From NCBI GenBank assembly GCA_965222615.1, contig CBDCUI010000007.1:320001-384000 (forward strand): a DNA stretch of 64,000 nt, read 5' to 3'. This document shows positions 50,193-60,736 of the stretch, one piece after another. The notes under the pieces are model-generated. The model had not been told where the DNA came from and made no database searches. It worked only from the letters and a program-made list of their open reading frames with translations. The stretch is from Gammaproteobacteria bacterium (GTDB taxonomy: Bacteria; Pseudomonadota; Gammaproteobacteria; UBA4575). A program made the position numbers and the translations under genes. Positions within the stretch are counted from its first letter, which is position 1. The number at the start of each line of letters is the position of its first letter.

Positions 50193-52162
50193 TAGAACAA
50201 TTTGATTTTATCTTTTAGTTTTCCGCCTAACTTTTCTTTCAGCTCTTCAACTTTTTCTTCTTTTTTCTCTTTAAACTCTTCTTTGAGTTCTTCTTTCTTT
50301 TCTTCCACGACGGCAGTTTGCTTAGCTTTGAGTGCAGCCTGCAAATCAACTCCATACTTTAAATTATCAAAAGGACCTTTAATGGTAATTGGAATGGCAT
50401 ACTTGCCGGGTTCTTCAGATAAGCCAACTGCAATGGTGTAATCGGTTTCCGATTGCGCAATATCCACTTGACCTTCACCGTTAGCAAAAATCAGCGGGGT
50501 GTCTAATTTAAAATCTTTGTTATCCGATAAACCATTGGTGATGTTGAAGGTACCAAATAATTTATCGAACACCAGTTCCTCTCCAGCCGGTTTCGGTTCA
50601 CGCCCCTTTAAAAATGCAGCGGCCTTTTCAACATTTGCGGCCAATTTTTTATCGCGCAAGGCGCCATTCCCAGCATCCAATTTGGCGTTGCCACTAAGGG
50701 CCTTTTTAAGTTCGGCCACACTGTTGCCAGTCGTATTTACATCCAAAGAGAGATTACTAATTCCGCGTATGTAAGCTTTTTCTTCGCCCATGAAGTCCAT
50801 GCTTAACTTGTCAATTTGAATACCGGATAAGTCTGTAGCTAATCCATATTTCGGCACTTTATCCCGCACATCTACACTAGCTTTGCCTTGCATACTACCG
50901 TCATAGAGGTTCATTGACATTGGTGTGACTTGTAACAGACCATCTTTCGCCGTAATGGTGGCCTTTACATTGGTCATGGTCATGCCTGAAATAATGATGG
51001 TACCTACCGTGATATCTCCATTCACATCAAGGTCACGCAAGGTTTCAGTGGGGAGTTCAATCGGTTCATTTTCATCAGCAGGAGTACTTTCTGCTTTTTC
51101 CTCGGCACTGGAAGTTGGCAGCAATTTATCCAAATCCAGCAAATCCGATGCCAGAGAAAATTTTACTTTGGGTTGATCAAAGGATTGCACCGAAGCATTA
51201 CCGGTTAATTGTGTATCGAGCATAGAAACTACTAATGAGGAAAGACTCAACGCTTCATTAGCTAAATCCGCATCAATTGCGGTTTGTAGGGTTGCATCAA
51301 GTTTACCTTCTGGAAAGGCGTCACCTGTTCCAGAAATTTTAATGGTGGTATCTTGTAAAGAGAATTTTTGGTTTTTTAAATCACCACTTACTTCTGAACC
51401 TAATCCAAGTTTTAACGCGCCATTGGGAAAGGATTCGCCTGTCGCATCAAGTTGAACATCCAAGCCTGCAAGTTTTAACGTTTGTGCTTTTGAATCAAAC
51501 GTGGCGTTGGTTTTCATTTGCAGTGCTGCATCAAGCACGGGTGCAGCATTTTTCATTTTAAAGTCTAAATTAACATCGGTGGACTCCCCATCCACCATTT
51601 TTCCTGTGGTTAAATTAAATGGCGCAATTTGAATTTTGGATCCCGCCTGATCATCTTGCCAAGATAGCTCCGCATCCGTGATTTCTACACCATTCACCAT
51701 AATAACCAATTCACGTTTAGTTGCCTCAGAACTTTCAGATTCCTCTTCTACACTTTCAGATTCACTTACAAGATCATCCCAATTCGTCACCCCCTGTGCA
51801 TTTTTATGTAAATTTACTTTTAAACCATTTAATTTTACTTTGGCCGCTTGCACTTGACCTTTAAACAATGGCGTCAGCGCCACTCGCACATCGACATCTT
51901 CCACACTGGCCATCGGCGCGTCGCCAAATCCAGGTGCATTACCAAACTGTGTGCTACCTAAAGAAAACCCCAACCACGGAAATAAGGAAAGATCAATATC
52001 CCCGGCCAAGTTTAAATCACGACCAGTTGCTTCTTTGGTCTTTGCAACAATTTGTTCTTTATATTCATTTGGATCGAACGTTGAAACAAAAAAGACCGCA
52101 GCACCAATAAATATCACGAAAAGTGCCACAATGGCGATGAGGATATATTTAATTATTTTCAT
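50192..52162 (-). CDS. asmA: AsmA family protein
   Basis: FDPNEYK, TGRDL, SLFPWLG. Confidence 0.88.
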   Translation of the reverse strand: MKIIKYILIAIVALFVIFIGAAVFFVSTFDPNEYKEQIVAKTKEATGRDLNLAGDIDLSLFPWLGFSLGSTQFGNAPGFGDAPMASVEDVDVRVALTPLFKGQVQAAKVKLNGLKVNLHKNAQGVTNWDDLVSESESVEEESESSEATKRELVIMVNGVEITDAELSWQDDQAGSKIQIAPFNLTTGKMVDGESTDVNLDFKMKNAAPVLDAALQMKTNATFDSKAQTLKLAGLDVQLDATGESFPNGALKLGLGSEVSGDLKNQKFSLQDTTIKISGTGDAFPEGKLDATLQTAIDADLANEALSLSSLVVSMLDTQLTGNASVQSFDQPKVKFSLASDLLDLDKLLPTSSAEEKAESTPADENEPIELPTETLRDLDVNGDITVGTIIISGMTMTNVKATITAKDGLLQVTPMSMNLYDGSMQGKASVDVRDKVPKYGLATDLSGIQIDKLSMDFMGEEKAYIRGISNLSLDVNTTGNSVAELKKALSGNAKLDAGNGALRDKKLAANVEKAAAFLKGREPKPAGEELVFDKLFGTFNITNGLSDNKDFKLDTPLIFANGEGQVDIAQSETDYTIAVGLSEEPGKYAIPITIKGPFDNLKYGVDLQAALKAKQTAVVEEKKEELKEEFKEKKEEKVEELKEKLGGKLKDKIKLF

Positions 52163-52291
52163 CGTCGCGCTCCTAACCTACGCTTATTTTTATTTAGATA
52201 ATGATCTTACTCTTTATATGGACACAAGTTGTGCGAATAAGTTTTTATTTACTTGTGTTCACATTATTTAATCATTCGAGATTCGTGCAAA

Positions 52292-52771
52292 TTACTTGGG
52301 ACGTTCCCAGCTACCACTTTTCCCACCTTGCTTACTTAATAAAGCAATATCTTGCAATACCATGCCACGATCCACAGCTTTACACATGTCATAAATGGTT
52401 AATAAAGCAACTTGTACGGCGGTAAGCGCCTCCATTTCCACACCAGTTTGTCCATGTGTTTCTACAGTTGCTTTGCAATAAACGGCTGCGGGTGCTTCCT
52501 CATAACCAAACTCAATTTCAATGGACGTGAGGGCAAGTGGATGACATAACGGTACTAATTCTGAGGTTTTCTTCGCACCCATAATTCCCGCGATGCGTGC
52601 AATCCCCAACACATCACCTTTTTTATGGCCGCCACTTTGAATCAACTGCAGAGTTTGTGCTTGCATACGAATGCGTCCATCAGCTACCGCGGTACGATGA
52701 CTAATGGGCTTATCCCCAACATCGACCATGTGGGCTTCGCCGGCTTGATTAAAGTGACTTAACTTACTCAT
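52292..52771 (-). CDS. moaC: cyclic pyranopterin monophosphate synthase
   Basis: [29 protein letters not shown]. Confidence 0.97.
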   Translation of the reverse strand: MSKLSHFNQAGEAHMVDVGDKPISHRTAVADGRIRMQAQTLQLIQSGGHKKGDVLGIARIAGIMGAKKTSELVPLCHPLALTSIEIEFGYEEAPAAVYCKATVETHGQTGVEMEALTAVQVALLTIYDMCKAVDRGMVLQDIALLSKQGGKSGSWERPK

Positions 52772-53005
52772 TTTTTGTGCATGAAGCACTGATTTCTCTT
52801 GAGACTTTGTTAAAAAATATTTCAAAATGCTCATTTACTGACTTGTAAACTCCGCTTTTTTAATATTTTTTGCCTCGTCTCAATCGTCCGGTTATATTTC
52901 GACTGGACTAATAAATCAGTGCTCCTTTAGCTTGTTAGTTGAAAATAGAATAGTACCATTTAGAGATTCATTGTTGGCAAAGTTTCAGCGAGTATATGGG
53001 TTAAC

Positions 53006-53239
53006 ATGAGCGTGCAAGTTAAATATTTTGCCAGTTTGCGTGAGACGATGGGTCGCGCCAGTGACCAAGTCGCAATCACCGATGCAAGCACCGTTGAAAA
53101 AATTTGGCAATTAGCTACCAACCACATGGAGCGACCCGAACGCCTGTTGGTCGCCGTCAATCAAGAATATGCCGATTTTTCTCAAATGGTGAATGATGGT
53201 GATGAGGTTGCGTTTTTTCCTCCTGTCACAGGTGGCTGA
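53006..53239 (+). CDS. moaD: molybdopterin synthase sulfur carrier
   Basis: YFASLRE...FFPPVTGG. Confidence 0.95.
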   Translation: MSVQVKYFASLRETMGRASDQVAITDASTVEKIWQLATNHMERPERLLVAVNQEYADFSQMVNDGDEVAFFPPVTGG

Positions 53240-53421
53240 GCACATGGATGTGCGAATATGATGTCCATCAGGGATGATGCAACCAATTTAACTCTTAATT
53301 TAAAAATGTCGGCTTACGACCCAAAGCAGATATAATCAAGTGTAAAATTAGTTAATGGTGTATATATCATAATGTAAATTTGTATATAAACCGGTTAGTT
53401 AATTACATGCAGGAATGAAGT

Positions 53422-53757
53422 ATGAGAATAGTATTTTGTTTTATCCTCTTGGTTGTGCTTGTAGCCTGTGGTGTTAATGCTGGGAATATTAGTACTGAAC
53501 CCTTGTCAATTGAGGTGGTTGAACCTGTGTACAATGATGATCAGAAAGCGGTAGAGGAATTCGTTACAGCAGTAAAGTCTTTAGACAATGATGAAATCAG
53601 AAGAGTTTGGTCACACATGAACGCAAAGCAAAGAAGGGCAGCGGATGACCACCTAGCCGAATGGTTTCATAGCTTGAGTGGTAGTGAATACGACAAGTAT
53701 TTCGAGGTTGAAGAGTTGTTACGTGGTGCAGACTGGGGTGCTATTTTCGCACAATGA
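53422..53757 (+). CDS. hypothetical lipoprotein
   Basis: Lipobox LVAC. Confidence 0.6.
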   Translation: MRIVFCFILLVVLVACGVNAGNISTEPLSIEVVEPVYNDDQKAVEEFVTAVKSLDNDEIRRVWSHMNAKQRRAADDHLAEWFHSLSGSEYDKYFEVEELLRGADWGAIFAQ

Positions 53758-53773
53758 AAAGTTCTAGTTAATT

Positions 53774-54319
53774 ATGAGAATTTATCTTTACACTGCAGCG
53801 CTACTGTGCGCAGTTTGGGCTACGCGATTATCAGCAGAAACACTTGTACGATCTACTTCACAGTTAGAATTAATTCCTGTGCAAGGTATCACCTTGGGTA
53901 TAACTCCTAGAGAAGCTTTTAAAACTTTACTGTCCGCTGGCTTTAAAGCAGGGAACTTGCGTTCTTATGAAGATTGGGAAAGTGATGGTGTGGAGTTTGT
54001 GCGTGGTGTGTATGGAAGCCCCAACGGTCATTCAAGTGTTAGCTTTAGCCGTAGAGGTGAGCGCATTATTACAATTTCTGAAACCTTTAATTCACCTGGC
54101 AAACCCATCGATGCAATAGCAGCGATTGATTCGGTACGAAAGCAGCTTGGCATTCCTGAAGATAGCAAAAAGTGTAAGACAACAGCAGCGCATTTGGGTT
54201 TATGTGAAGTACAGGATGCAGATGATTCGGGTCAGGTAACTATCTTATTTAAGTTACAAATTCTATCGACAATGCGTTTATACACTATCTCTAGACCCAA
54301 AGAGCTTGTAAAACATTAA
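53774..54319 (+). CDS. hypothetical secreted protein
   Basis: Signal-peptide-like N-terminus. Confidence 0.6.
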   Translation: MRIYLYTAALLCAVWATRLSAETLVRSTSQLELIPVQGITLGITPREAFKTLLSAGFKAGNLRSYEDWESDGVEFVRGVYGSPNGHSSVSFSRRGERIITISETFNSPGKPIDAIAAIDSVRKQLGIPEDSKKCKTTAAHLGLCEVQDADDSGQVTILFKLQILSTMRLYTISRPKELVKH

Positions 54320-54505
54320 CACCTGTCAATGGTAGATAGGATTTAAATGTCTTTGTAGATGTCCGCATTGGCCTTGGCCGACGGGAATTTACTCCTTCAA
54401 TTTCTGCTCTTCCGCCATCCATGGCGGTCGAAAACTATCATTAATGAAAAAATTTAATCAGAGTGCGTCATCCATGACGCGACTCATATTCACATATCCC
54501 TATGC

Positions 54506-55867
54506 TCACTGAATAAGAATAAATAGACCGCGTGCTTCACGTTGTATATTTAGTAACAAGGCTTTTGGGTTTTTCTTAATTGCCGATTTCATTTCACTAA
54601 TCGTTTTCACGCGCTGCTTATTCACACTGATGATGATATCGCCCTTACGCAAACCAGCCGAGGCAGCATTACTATTTGCTGAGACGTTGACCACTTCGAT
54701 TCCCGCCGTAGTCCCACGCGAGGTGTCTTCTAATGTTTCGCTGAATTCTGCTCCGCTTAGTTTGCTGCTCAGAGATTTACCACTGACACTATTGGTAACT
54801 AGTTCCTCAACCCTTGCATTTAACGTGCGTAGTTTGCCATTACGCAGTACTTCAATTTTGACGCGTGTGCCAATTCGTAATAAGCCGATTTCATTGCGTA
54901 CTTGTGCAGAATTTTCGACTTCACGGCCATTCACCGCGATAATCACATCGCCCACTTTAATCCCCGCTTTGGCCGCGGGAGACCTCGCTTCCACACGTGC
55001 CACCACTACGCCTTTATTACGTGTAGTGCCAAAGGCCTCGGCCAATTCTGGAGTTAGATCTTGCGCAGTAAAGCCCAGCCGACCGCGTTTGACTTCACCA
55101 TGTTCAATTAATTGCTGGGTAATATGCTTGGCCATATTTACTGGAATGGCAAAACCAATACCGATGTTGCCACCACTCGGTCCATAAATTGCAGTATTGA
55201 TACCAATGAGTTCGCCGCGTAGGTTCACTAAAGCCCCACCAGAATTACCAGGATTAATCGAGGCATCGGTTTGAATGAAATCTTCATAGGATTCAATGCC
55301 TAAACCACTGCGACCCAATGCACTGACAATTCCCGAGGTCACGGTTTGTCCAAGGCCAAAGGGATTACCAATTGCGACGACAAAATCACCTTGGCGTAAA
55401 TCATCGGAATTCCCTAAAGGAATTTCACTTAGCTGGGTCGCTTCAATTTGGATCACGGCAATGTCTGCACCTGGATCTTTGCCGATCACCATTGCATTAA
55501 ATCGCTGTCCGTCTTCCAAGGTCACCACAATGTCTTCGGCTTTATCAATCACATGCGAATTGGTGATGATATAACCATTACGTGAATCAAAAATGACTCC
55601 AGACCCAAGTCCCGTGGTACGTCGTTCGCGGCGTTGTTCCGGCATATCAAAAAATCGGCGAAAAAAAGGATCATCAAAAAAGGGATCACGCACGACGACT
55701 TTACCGGTGGTAGAAATATTGACTACGGCTGGTGTGGTTCTCTCCAGCATCGGCGCCAACGTAGGCAAGGGTTGATCATCTACACTGTTAGGTAGCCCTG
55801 CAAATAATGGAATAGATAGACCTAGCAACAGACTAAGCACGACCAATTGGATGAACTTTTGAACCAT
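54506..55867 (-). CDS. degQ: DegP/DegQ serine endoprotease with two PDZ domains
   Basis: TNSHV, IQTDASINPGNSGG. Confidence 0.92.
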   Translation of the reverse strand: MVQKFIQLVVLSLLLGLSIPLFAGLPNSVDDQPLPTLAPMLERTTPAVVNISTTGKVVVRDPFFDDPFFRRFFDMPEQRRERRTTGLGSGVIFDSRNGYIITNSHVIDKAEDIVVTLEDGQRFNAMVIGKDPGADIAVIQIEATQLSEIPLGNSDDLRQGDFVVAIGNPFGLGQTVTSGIVSALGRSGLGIESYEDFIQTDASINPGNSGGALVNLRGELIGINTAIYGPSGGNIGIGFAIPVNMAKHITQQLIEHGEVKRGRLGFTAQDLTPELAEAFGTTRNKGVVVARVEARSPAAKAGIKVGDVIIAVNGREVENSAQVRNEIGLLRIGTRVKIEVLRNGKLRTLNARVEELVTNSVSGKSLSSKLSGAEFSETLEDTSRGTTAGIEVVNVSANSNAASAGLRKGDIIISVNKQRVKTISEMKSAIKKNPKALLLNIQREARGLFILIQ

Positions 55868-55954
55868 CTTTTCTATATTAGTTATTCTTTATAAAGATTG
55901 TGCTTACCTTACTTGTATATTTCTAGAATTATACGTTTCTAAAAAGATTCTTAG

Positions 55955-56896
55955 TTAGAGGTTTTGGCGCGGATTAAATTCAAATCGTTCTGCCATTTTT
56001 TCATAATATTGCTTATCTTGTTCGCTAACGGCTTTCGGCACCACAATTTGCAATGTCACGATTTGATCACCAGGCGGTGAACCAGGCAAACCGCGCTGCT
56101 TAAGTCGCAACTTTTTCCCGGACTGTGATCCGGCCGGTATTTTGGTTTCCACGCGTCCGGCCAACGTAGGCACTTGAACGCGTGCGCCTAATACAGCTTC
56201 CCATGGACTAATGGGCAAGTCCAACAAAATATTTTTGCCTTCAGTCTTATATAATCTATGTGGTAAAACTTGTACTTCGATATAAAGATCCCCCTTCGGC
56301 CCATTCCCCAAGCCTGCCGCCCCTTGGCCTGCCAGACGAATCCGTTTGCCCGAAGTAATACCTGCTGGAATTTTTACTTCTAAATTACGACCATTATTGA
56401 CACGAATCATTTTGTTGGCGCCGTGATAAGCTTCTTCTAGTGTGATCGACATGCTTGCATGTTGATCTGCACCCTTGGTTTGAAATCCCTGGGACTGAAA
56501 ACCTGAAGTTTGCCCGGCAGAAAAACCACCACCAAACAACGATTCAAAAAAGTCGCTAAAACCTGAACCAGAAAACTCTGCACCGGTGAAACCACCTTGA
56601 TTAGCACCCATTCCAGAAAAACCTGTACCAGAAAAAATTTCTTCCCAACCTGGAGGCGGGGTAAAGTTTTGCCCAGCTTTCCAATTTGCACCAAGCTGAT
56701 CGTAGGCTTGGCGTTTTTGCGGATCTTTTAGCACCTCATAGGCTTCCCCTACTTCTTTAAACTTCTCTTCAGCATCGAGTTCTTTACTCACATCAGGATG
56801 ATATTTGCGCGCAAGGCGGCGGTAGGCAGTTTTAATATCTGCCTCTTTGGCATCACGTTCAACGCCTAGTATTTTGTAGTAATCTTTATATTCCAT
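55955..56896 (-). CDS. cbpA: DnaJ-class co-chaperone CbpA
   Basis: J-domain HPD, no zinc finger, ISPWEAVLG. Confidence 0.88.
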   Translation of the reverse strand: MEYKDYYKILGVERDAKEADIKTAYRRLARKYHPDVSKELDAEEKFKEVGEAYEVLKDPQKRQAYDQLGANWKAGQNFTPPPGWEEIFSGTGFSGMGANQGGFTGAEFSGSGFSDFFESLFGGGFSAGQTSGFQSQGFQTKGADQHASMSITLEEAYHGANKMIRVNNGRNLEVKIPAGITSGKRIRLAGQGAAGLGNGPKGDLYIEVQVLPHRLYKTEGKNILLDLPISPWEAVLGARVQVPTLAGRVETKIPAGSQSGKKLRLKQRGLPGSPPGDQIVTLQIVVPKAVSEQDKQYYEKMAERFEFNPRQNL

Positions 56897-56930
56897 AGTC
56901 CCAAATGCAGAAAATTGATACGCTTACATT

Positions 56931-56959
56931 GAAACGCCGCGGTGAACCGCGGCGTTTTT
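56931..56959. terminator. GC-rich hairpin between hsp20 and cbpA
   Basis: AAACGCCGCGG-TGAA-CCGCGGCGTTT. Confidence 0.6.
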
Positions 56960-56996
56960 GTTTCCGTACAGTTAACAAGCAATGCTTGTTATTGGT

Positions 56997-57434
56997 TTAT
57001 CCGTCAACCGTTATTTTTTTGGGCAGTGCTTTTTCCTTTTTAGGAATACGCAGCTTTAAAACGCCATGTTCTGTTTTAGCAGAAATGTTATCTTCATCTA
57101 CAGTATCTGGCAGTGTAAATCGGCGATAAAAACTTCCATATACGCGTTCAGATCGACTATAACCTTCGCCTTCTTCCTTGTGCTCGGCTTTGCGCTCGCC
57201 TTTCACTGTCAACACATTATCTTCCCAAGAAATATCGATGTCTTTTGGATCCACACCAGGGATATCCGCAATGACTTCGTAGGCTTCCTTGCCTTCCTTT
57301 ATATCAACGGAAGGTACCCAATCCGTGGCAGTTTCCGTATAGCCTGCCGAATTGGTATTAAATAAGCGATCCAATTCCCCGCGAAATTCACGCATGGTGT
57401 CCCATGGATCTCGATATACCCTTGCTAACATCAT
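56997..57434 (-). CDS. Hsp20 small heat-shock protein
   Basis: WVPSVDI, ERVYGSFYRRFTLP, HGVLKLRIPK. Confidence 0.93.
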   Translation of the reverse strand: MMLARVYRDPWDTMREFRGELDRLFNTNSAGYTETATDWVPSVDIKEGKEAYEVIADIPGVDPKDIDISWEDNVLTVKGERKAEHKEEGEGYSRSERVYGSFYRRFTLPDTVDEDNISAKTEHGVLKLRIPKKEKALPKKITVDG

Positions 57435-57476
57435 AGACCTCCTTACAACATATAAAATAGCTTTGATGCCTAAAAG

Positions 57477-57502
57477 ATATGGGCAAAAAAAGCCATTTCA
57501 AG
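57477..57502 (-). promoter_or_regulatory. sigma32 heat-shock promoter
   Basis: CTTGAA-13 bp-CCCATAT upstream of hsp20. Confidence 0.8.
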
Positions 57503-57542
57503 GTCTAGATTTACGAATTTTTACCTATTTTCAGCGGTTTTT

Positions 57543-58049
57543 TTAGGTGGCTTCGAATTGTGCCTCGGCACGATTTTTTTGTACCGCCTCGGGGCTGAAA
57601 ATCTGTCCGTTCATGGCCAGATAGACCCCTACCGGTAAATGCTGGGCTGCGGCGATGGCATAGCCGATATTAAAAATTGCATCGGTTTTGCGAAACCGTG
57701 CGGGTTGCATTGCTCCAGTGAGGACAATGGTTTTATCACTAATCCCCTGTAAGCGCTGAGCCGTGTCAATCATGGTATCCGTGCCATGTGTGATAAGAAT
57801 ATGCGGACAACCTTCTGCATTTACATGGTCAAAAATCTTGTCGCGATCTTCATCGGTTATTTCCAAACTGTCTTTCTTAATGATGGATTCAATCTCATAA
57901 GAAAAATTAGCCAACGCTTCTTTAAGGATCCCATTTACAACCGGTTCACCTATTTTGTATTCGCTTAGCGCATCGAAGTAAACTTTATCGATGGTGCCAC
58001 CTGTGCAAAAAATTTTAATTTGATGCTTTTTTACATGTTCTTTATTCAT
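57543..58049 (-). CDS. short asparaginase-domain protein
   Basis: TGGTI, HGTDT, LTGAMQP. Confidence 0.9.
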   Translation of the reverse strand: MNKEHVKKHQIKIFCTGGTIDKVYFDALSEYKIGEPVVNGILKEALANFSYEIESIIKKDSLEITDEDRDKIFDHVNAEGCPHILITHGTDTMIDTAQRLQGISDKTIVLTGAMQPARFRKTDAIFNIGYAIAAAQHLPVGVYLAMNGQIFSPEAVQKNRAEAQFEAT

Positions 58050-58110
58050 AATAAATATCTATTCATATTCATAACAGAAGTTAAAGTGTAATCCACGTTT
58101 CTACAATTTT

Positions 58111-58241
58111 AGGAAGCTCTGATTTATTAATGAAATGGCTGAGATGAGGCAAAAAATGTTGAGAAAGCGGAGTGTATATGCCAATACATGAGCATTTCGA
58201 AACATTTTTTAACAAAGTATCAGAATAAATCAGAGCTTCCT
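58111..58241. repeat. palindromic MITE-like repeat, copy 1
   Basis: 18-bp terminal inverted repeats AGGAAGCTCTGATTTATT. Confidence 0.85.
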
Positions 58242-59108
58242 TCATTCTATGTTTTGCACTTGCTCTCTCATTTGCTCAATCAACACTTTTAAGTCTACCG
58301 CGGCTTGTGTAGTTTCAATATCCGCTGACTTCGATGCAATGGTATTGGCTTCACGATTAAATTCTTGCATTAAAAAATCTAAACGCCGACCAATTGCATC
58401 TCTGCGAACAAACACGCTTTGCATTTCATGCAGATGACTATCTAAACGATCTAGCTCTTCCATAATATCTAGCTTTTGTGCTAGATACACAAGCTCTTGT
58501 TCCAAGCGGTTTTGATCTAAATCTGTAGTGATCTCGTCTATACGCTGTTGTAATTTATCTTTGATAGATTTTAATACTTGAGGATATCTGTCGCGAATTG
58601 TGGTAACGATGTTTTCAATTTCTTTACAACGCTCCTGTAACATCACTTCAAGCCGTTTGCCTTCTGTCGAACGTGTTTCTATTAATTGTTGCGCTGCACG
58701 CTCAAATAACGCGATACAAGATGCATGAAAACTCTGCATATCTGTTTCAGCTGCCTGCACCACACCGGGCCAAGCCAACAAGTCAGTTGCCTTCACCGCT
58801 GCGTGTTCTGGTAGTTTGCTATTCACATGAGTAATCTGTTTGATAAGTGTTTCTAGTAAAGGCTCGTTGAGTTCCAAGGCCGCACTTTGCACCTCTGCAA
58901 GTTGATAGCGAAAAACACAGTCCACTTTGCCCCGTGCAAGTTTGCCTTGCAAATACTGACGAAGTTTTGTTTCAATACGCCGCACTTCCTCTGGCAAACG
59001 AAAAGTAATTTCAAGATAACGATGATTAACCGAGCGTAACTCCCAGCTCATATTACCCACATCATTTGCATCCTCGACTCGTGCAAACCCCGTCATACTG
59101 CAAAGCAT
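58242..59108 (-). CDS. yicC: YicC/YloC family endoribonuclease
   Basis: SMTGFAR, RSVNHRY, REANTI, REQVQNIE. Confidence 0.95.
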   Translation of the reverse strand: MLCSMTGFARVEDANDVGNMSWELRSVNHRYLEITFRLPEEVRRIETKLRQYLQGKLARGKVDCVFRYQLAEVQSAALELNEPLLETLIKQITHVNSKLPEHAAVKATDLLAWPGVVQAAETDMQSFHASCIALFERAAQQLIETRSTEGKRLEVMLQERCKEIENIVTTIRDRYPQVLKSIKDKLQQRIDEITTDLDQNRLEQELVYLAQKLDIMEELDRLDSHLHEMQSVFVRRDAIGRRLDFLMQEFNREANTIASKSADIETTQAAVDLKVLIEQMREQVQNIE

Positions 59109-59210
59109 TTTTACTTATCCTTTTGTCAATTTATTCAGTTGCCATAACATTCATAGACATAGATTTGTGCGTATAATGCGCGACTCTTTGCATTTTCACC
59201 AGGTAGTTTT

Positions 59211-59951
59211 ATGAATTCTATAGTCAGGCCCCATGGTAGGCCTAGTGGTCGCGAACCCAATCAAATGCGTGATATTCAATTCACACGTGACTATACCAAG
59301 CATGCAGAAGGTTCTGTATTAGCCGAATTTGGTGACACCAAGGTGCTGTGTACGGCTACCGTTACCGACCAAGTGCCAAAATTTCTAAAAGGGAAAGACC
59401 AGGGTTGGGTTACTGCAGAATATGGAATGTTGCCCCGTTCCACCAACAGTCGTATGTCTCGTGAAGCCTCCCGCGGCAAACAAGGTGGTCGAACTTTAGA
59501 AATCCAACGCTTAATTGGCCGTTCATTACGCGCCGCTGTTGATCTTAAGCAGCTAGCTGAAAACTCGATTACGATTGATTGTGACGTGATCCAAGCAGAT
59601 GGCGGTACCCGCACGGCTTCCATCTCAGGTGGGTTTGTTGCACTGCATGATGCAATCCAGAAAATGATAAATGTCGGCACACTTGAATCGAGTCCAATCA
59701 GTCACTTTGTTGCAGCTGTGTCAGTAGGAATCTTTAACCAAATACCTGTGTTGGATCTTGATTATTCCGAAGACAGCAGTGCAGAAACCGATATGAATAT
59801 CGTAATGAATGATGCGGGCGCTTTTATTGAAGTACAAGGTACTGCGGAACAGCAAGCTTTTACTCACGAACAGCTGATCGCTTTATTGAAGATCGGCAGC
59901 ACAGGTATTGAAGACATCATTCAACAACAAAAAGATTGCCTGAACGTGTAG
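59211..59951 (+). CDS. rph: ribonuclease PH
   Basis: [20 protein letters not shown]. Confidence 0.97.
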   Translation: MNSIVRPHGRPSGREPNQMRDIQFTRDYTKHAEGSVLAEFGDTKVLCTATVTDQVPKFLKGKDQGWVTAEYGMLPRSTNSRMSREASRGKQGGRTLEIQRLIGRSLRAAVDLKQLAENSITIDCDVIQADGGTRTASISGGFVALHDAIQKMINVGTLESSPISHFVAAVSVGIFNQIPVLDLDYSEDSSAETDMNIVMNDAGAFIEVQGTAEQQAFTHEQLIALLKIGSTGIEDIIQQQKDCLNV

Positions 59952-59953
59952 CA

Positions 59954-60544
59954 ATGACTAAAAAAGTTGTGCTGGCCAGCAATAATCCTGGCAAGTTAAG
60001 AGAAATTCAGGCGGTTTTGGATCCATTAGCTATTCAGCTTATTAATCAATCAGAGTTTAATGTAACGGAAGTTGCAGAAACGGGTACTACCTTTGTCGAA
60101 AATGCCATCATCAAGGCACGTCATGCGGCTGAAGTTTCGGGTCTTGCGGCTTTAGCCGATGACTCGGGTATTGAGGTCGATGCCTTACAAGGCGCACCTG
60201 GTGTTTACAGTGCACGTTATGCCGGTGAAGATGCCAATGCTCAAGCCAATAACGAAAAGTTATTAACCGAACTTACCCATGTCCCGGAATCGCAACGCAG
60301 TGCACGATTTCAGTGTGTATTAGTGTATATGCGACATGCACAAGACCCAATGCCGCTTATTTGTCAAGGTACGTGGGAGGGATTTATTTTGTTTGCCCCC
60401 CAAGGCGAAAACGGTTTTGGCTATGATCCGTTATTTTACGTACCGACCCATGCTTGTGCTTCGGCAGAATTAGACCCTGCAGAAAAAAATCGTATTAGTC
60501 ATCGAGCAAAAGCTTTACAAAAACTAATCACTAAACTGAAATAG
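59954..60544 (+). CDS. rdgB: dITP/XTP pyrophosphatase
   Basis: ASNNPGK, ADDSG, FGYDP, SHR. Confidence 0.96.
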   Translation: MTKKVVLASNNPGKLREIQAVLDPLAIQLINQSEFNVTEVAETGTTFVENAIIKARHAAEVSGLAALADDSGIEVDALQGAPGVYSARYAGEDANAQANNEKLLTELTHVPESQRSARFQCVLVYMRHAQDPMPLICQGTWEGFILFAPQGENGFGYDPLFYVPTHACASAELDPAEKNRISHRAKALQKLITKLK

Positions 60545-60688
60545 AGAAACTCTGATTTATTAATGCAATGATTGAGATTAGGCAAAAAATATCGAAAAAG
60601 CGGAATGTATATGTCAATACATGAGCATTTTGAGATTATTTTCCTTAATCATTTCTTAGGGACATATCAGAATAAATCAGAGCTTCCT
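60545..60688. repeat. palindromic MITE-like repeat, copy 2
   Basis: Same terminal repeats and core as 58111..58241. Confidence 0.8.
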
Positions 60689-60736
60689 TAAAATATGTGG
60701 GGACTAAGACATTAGAAATTACTTAAGTACTATTTC

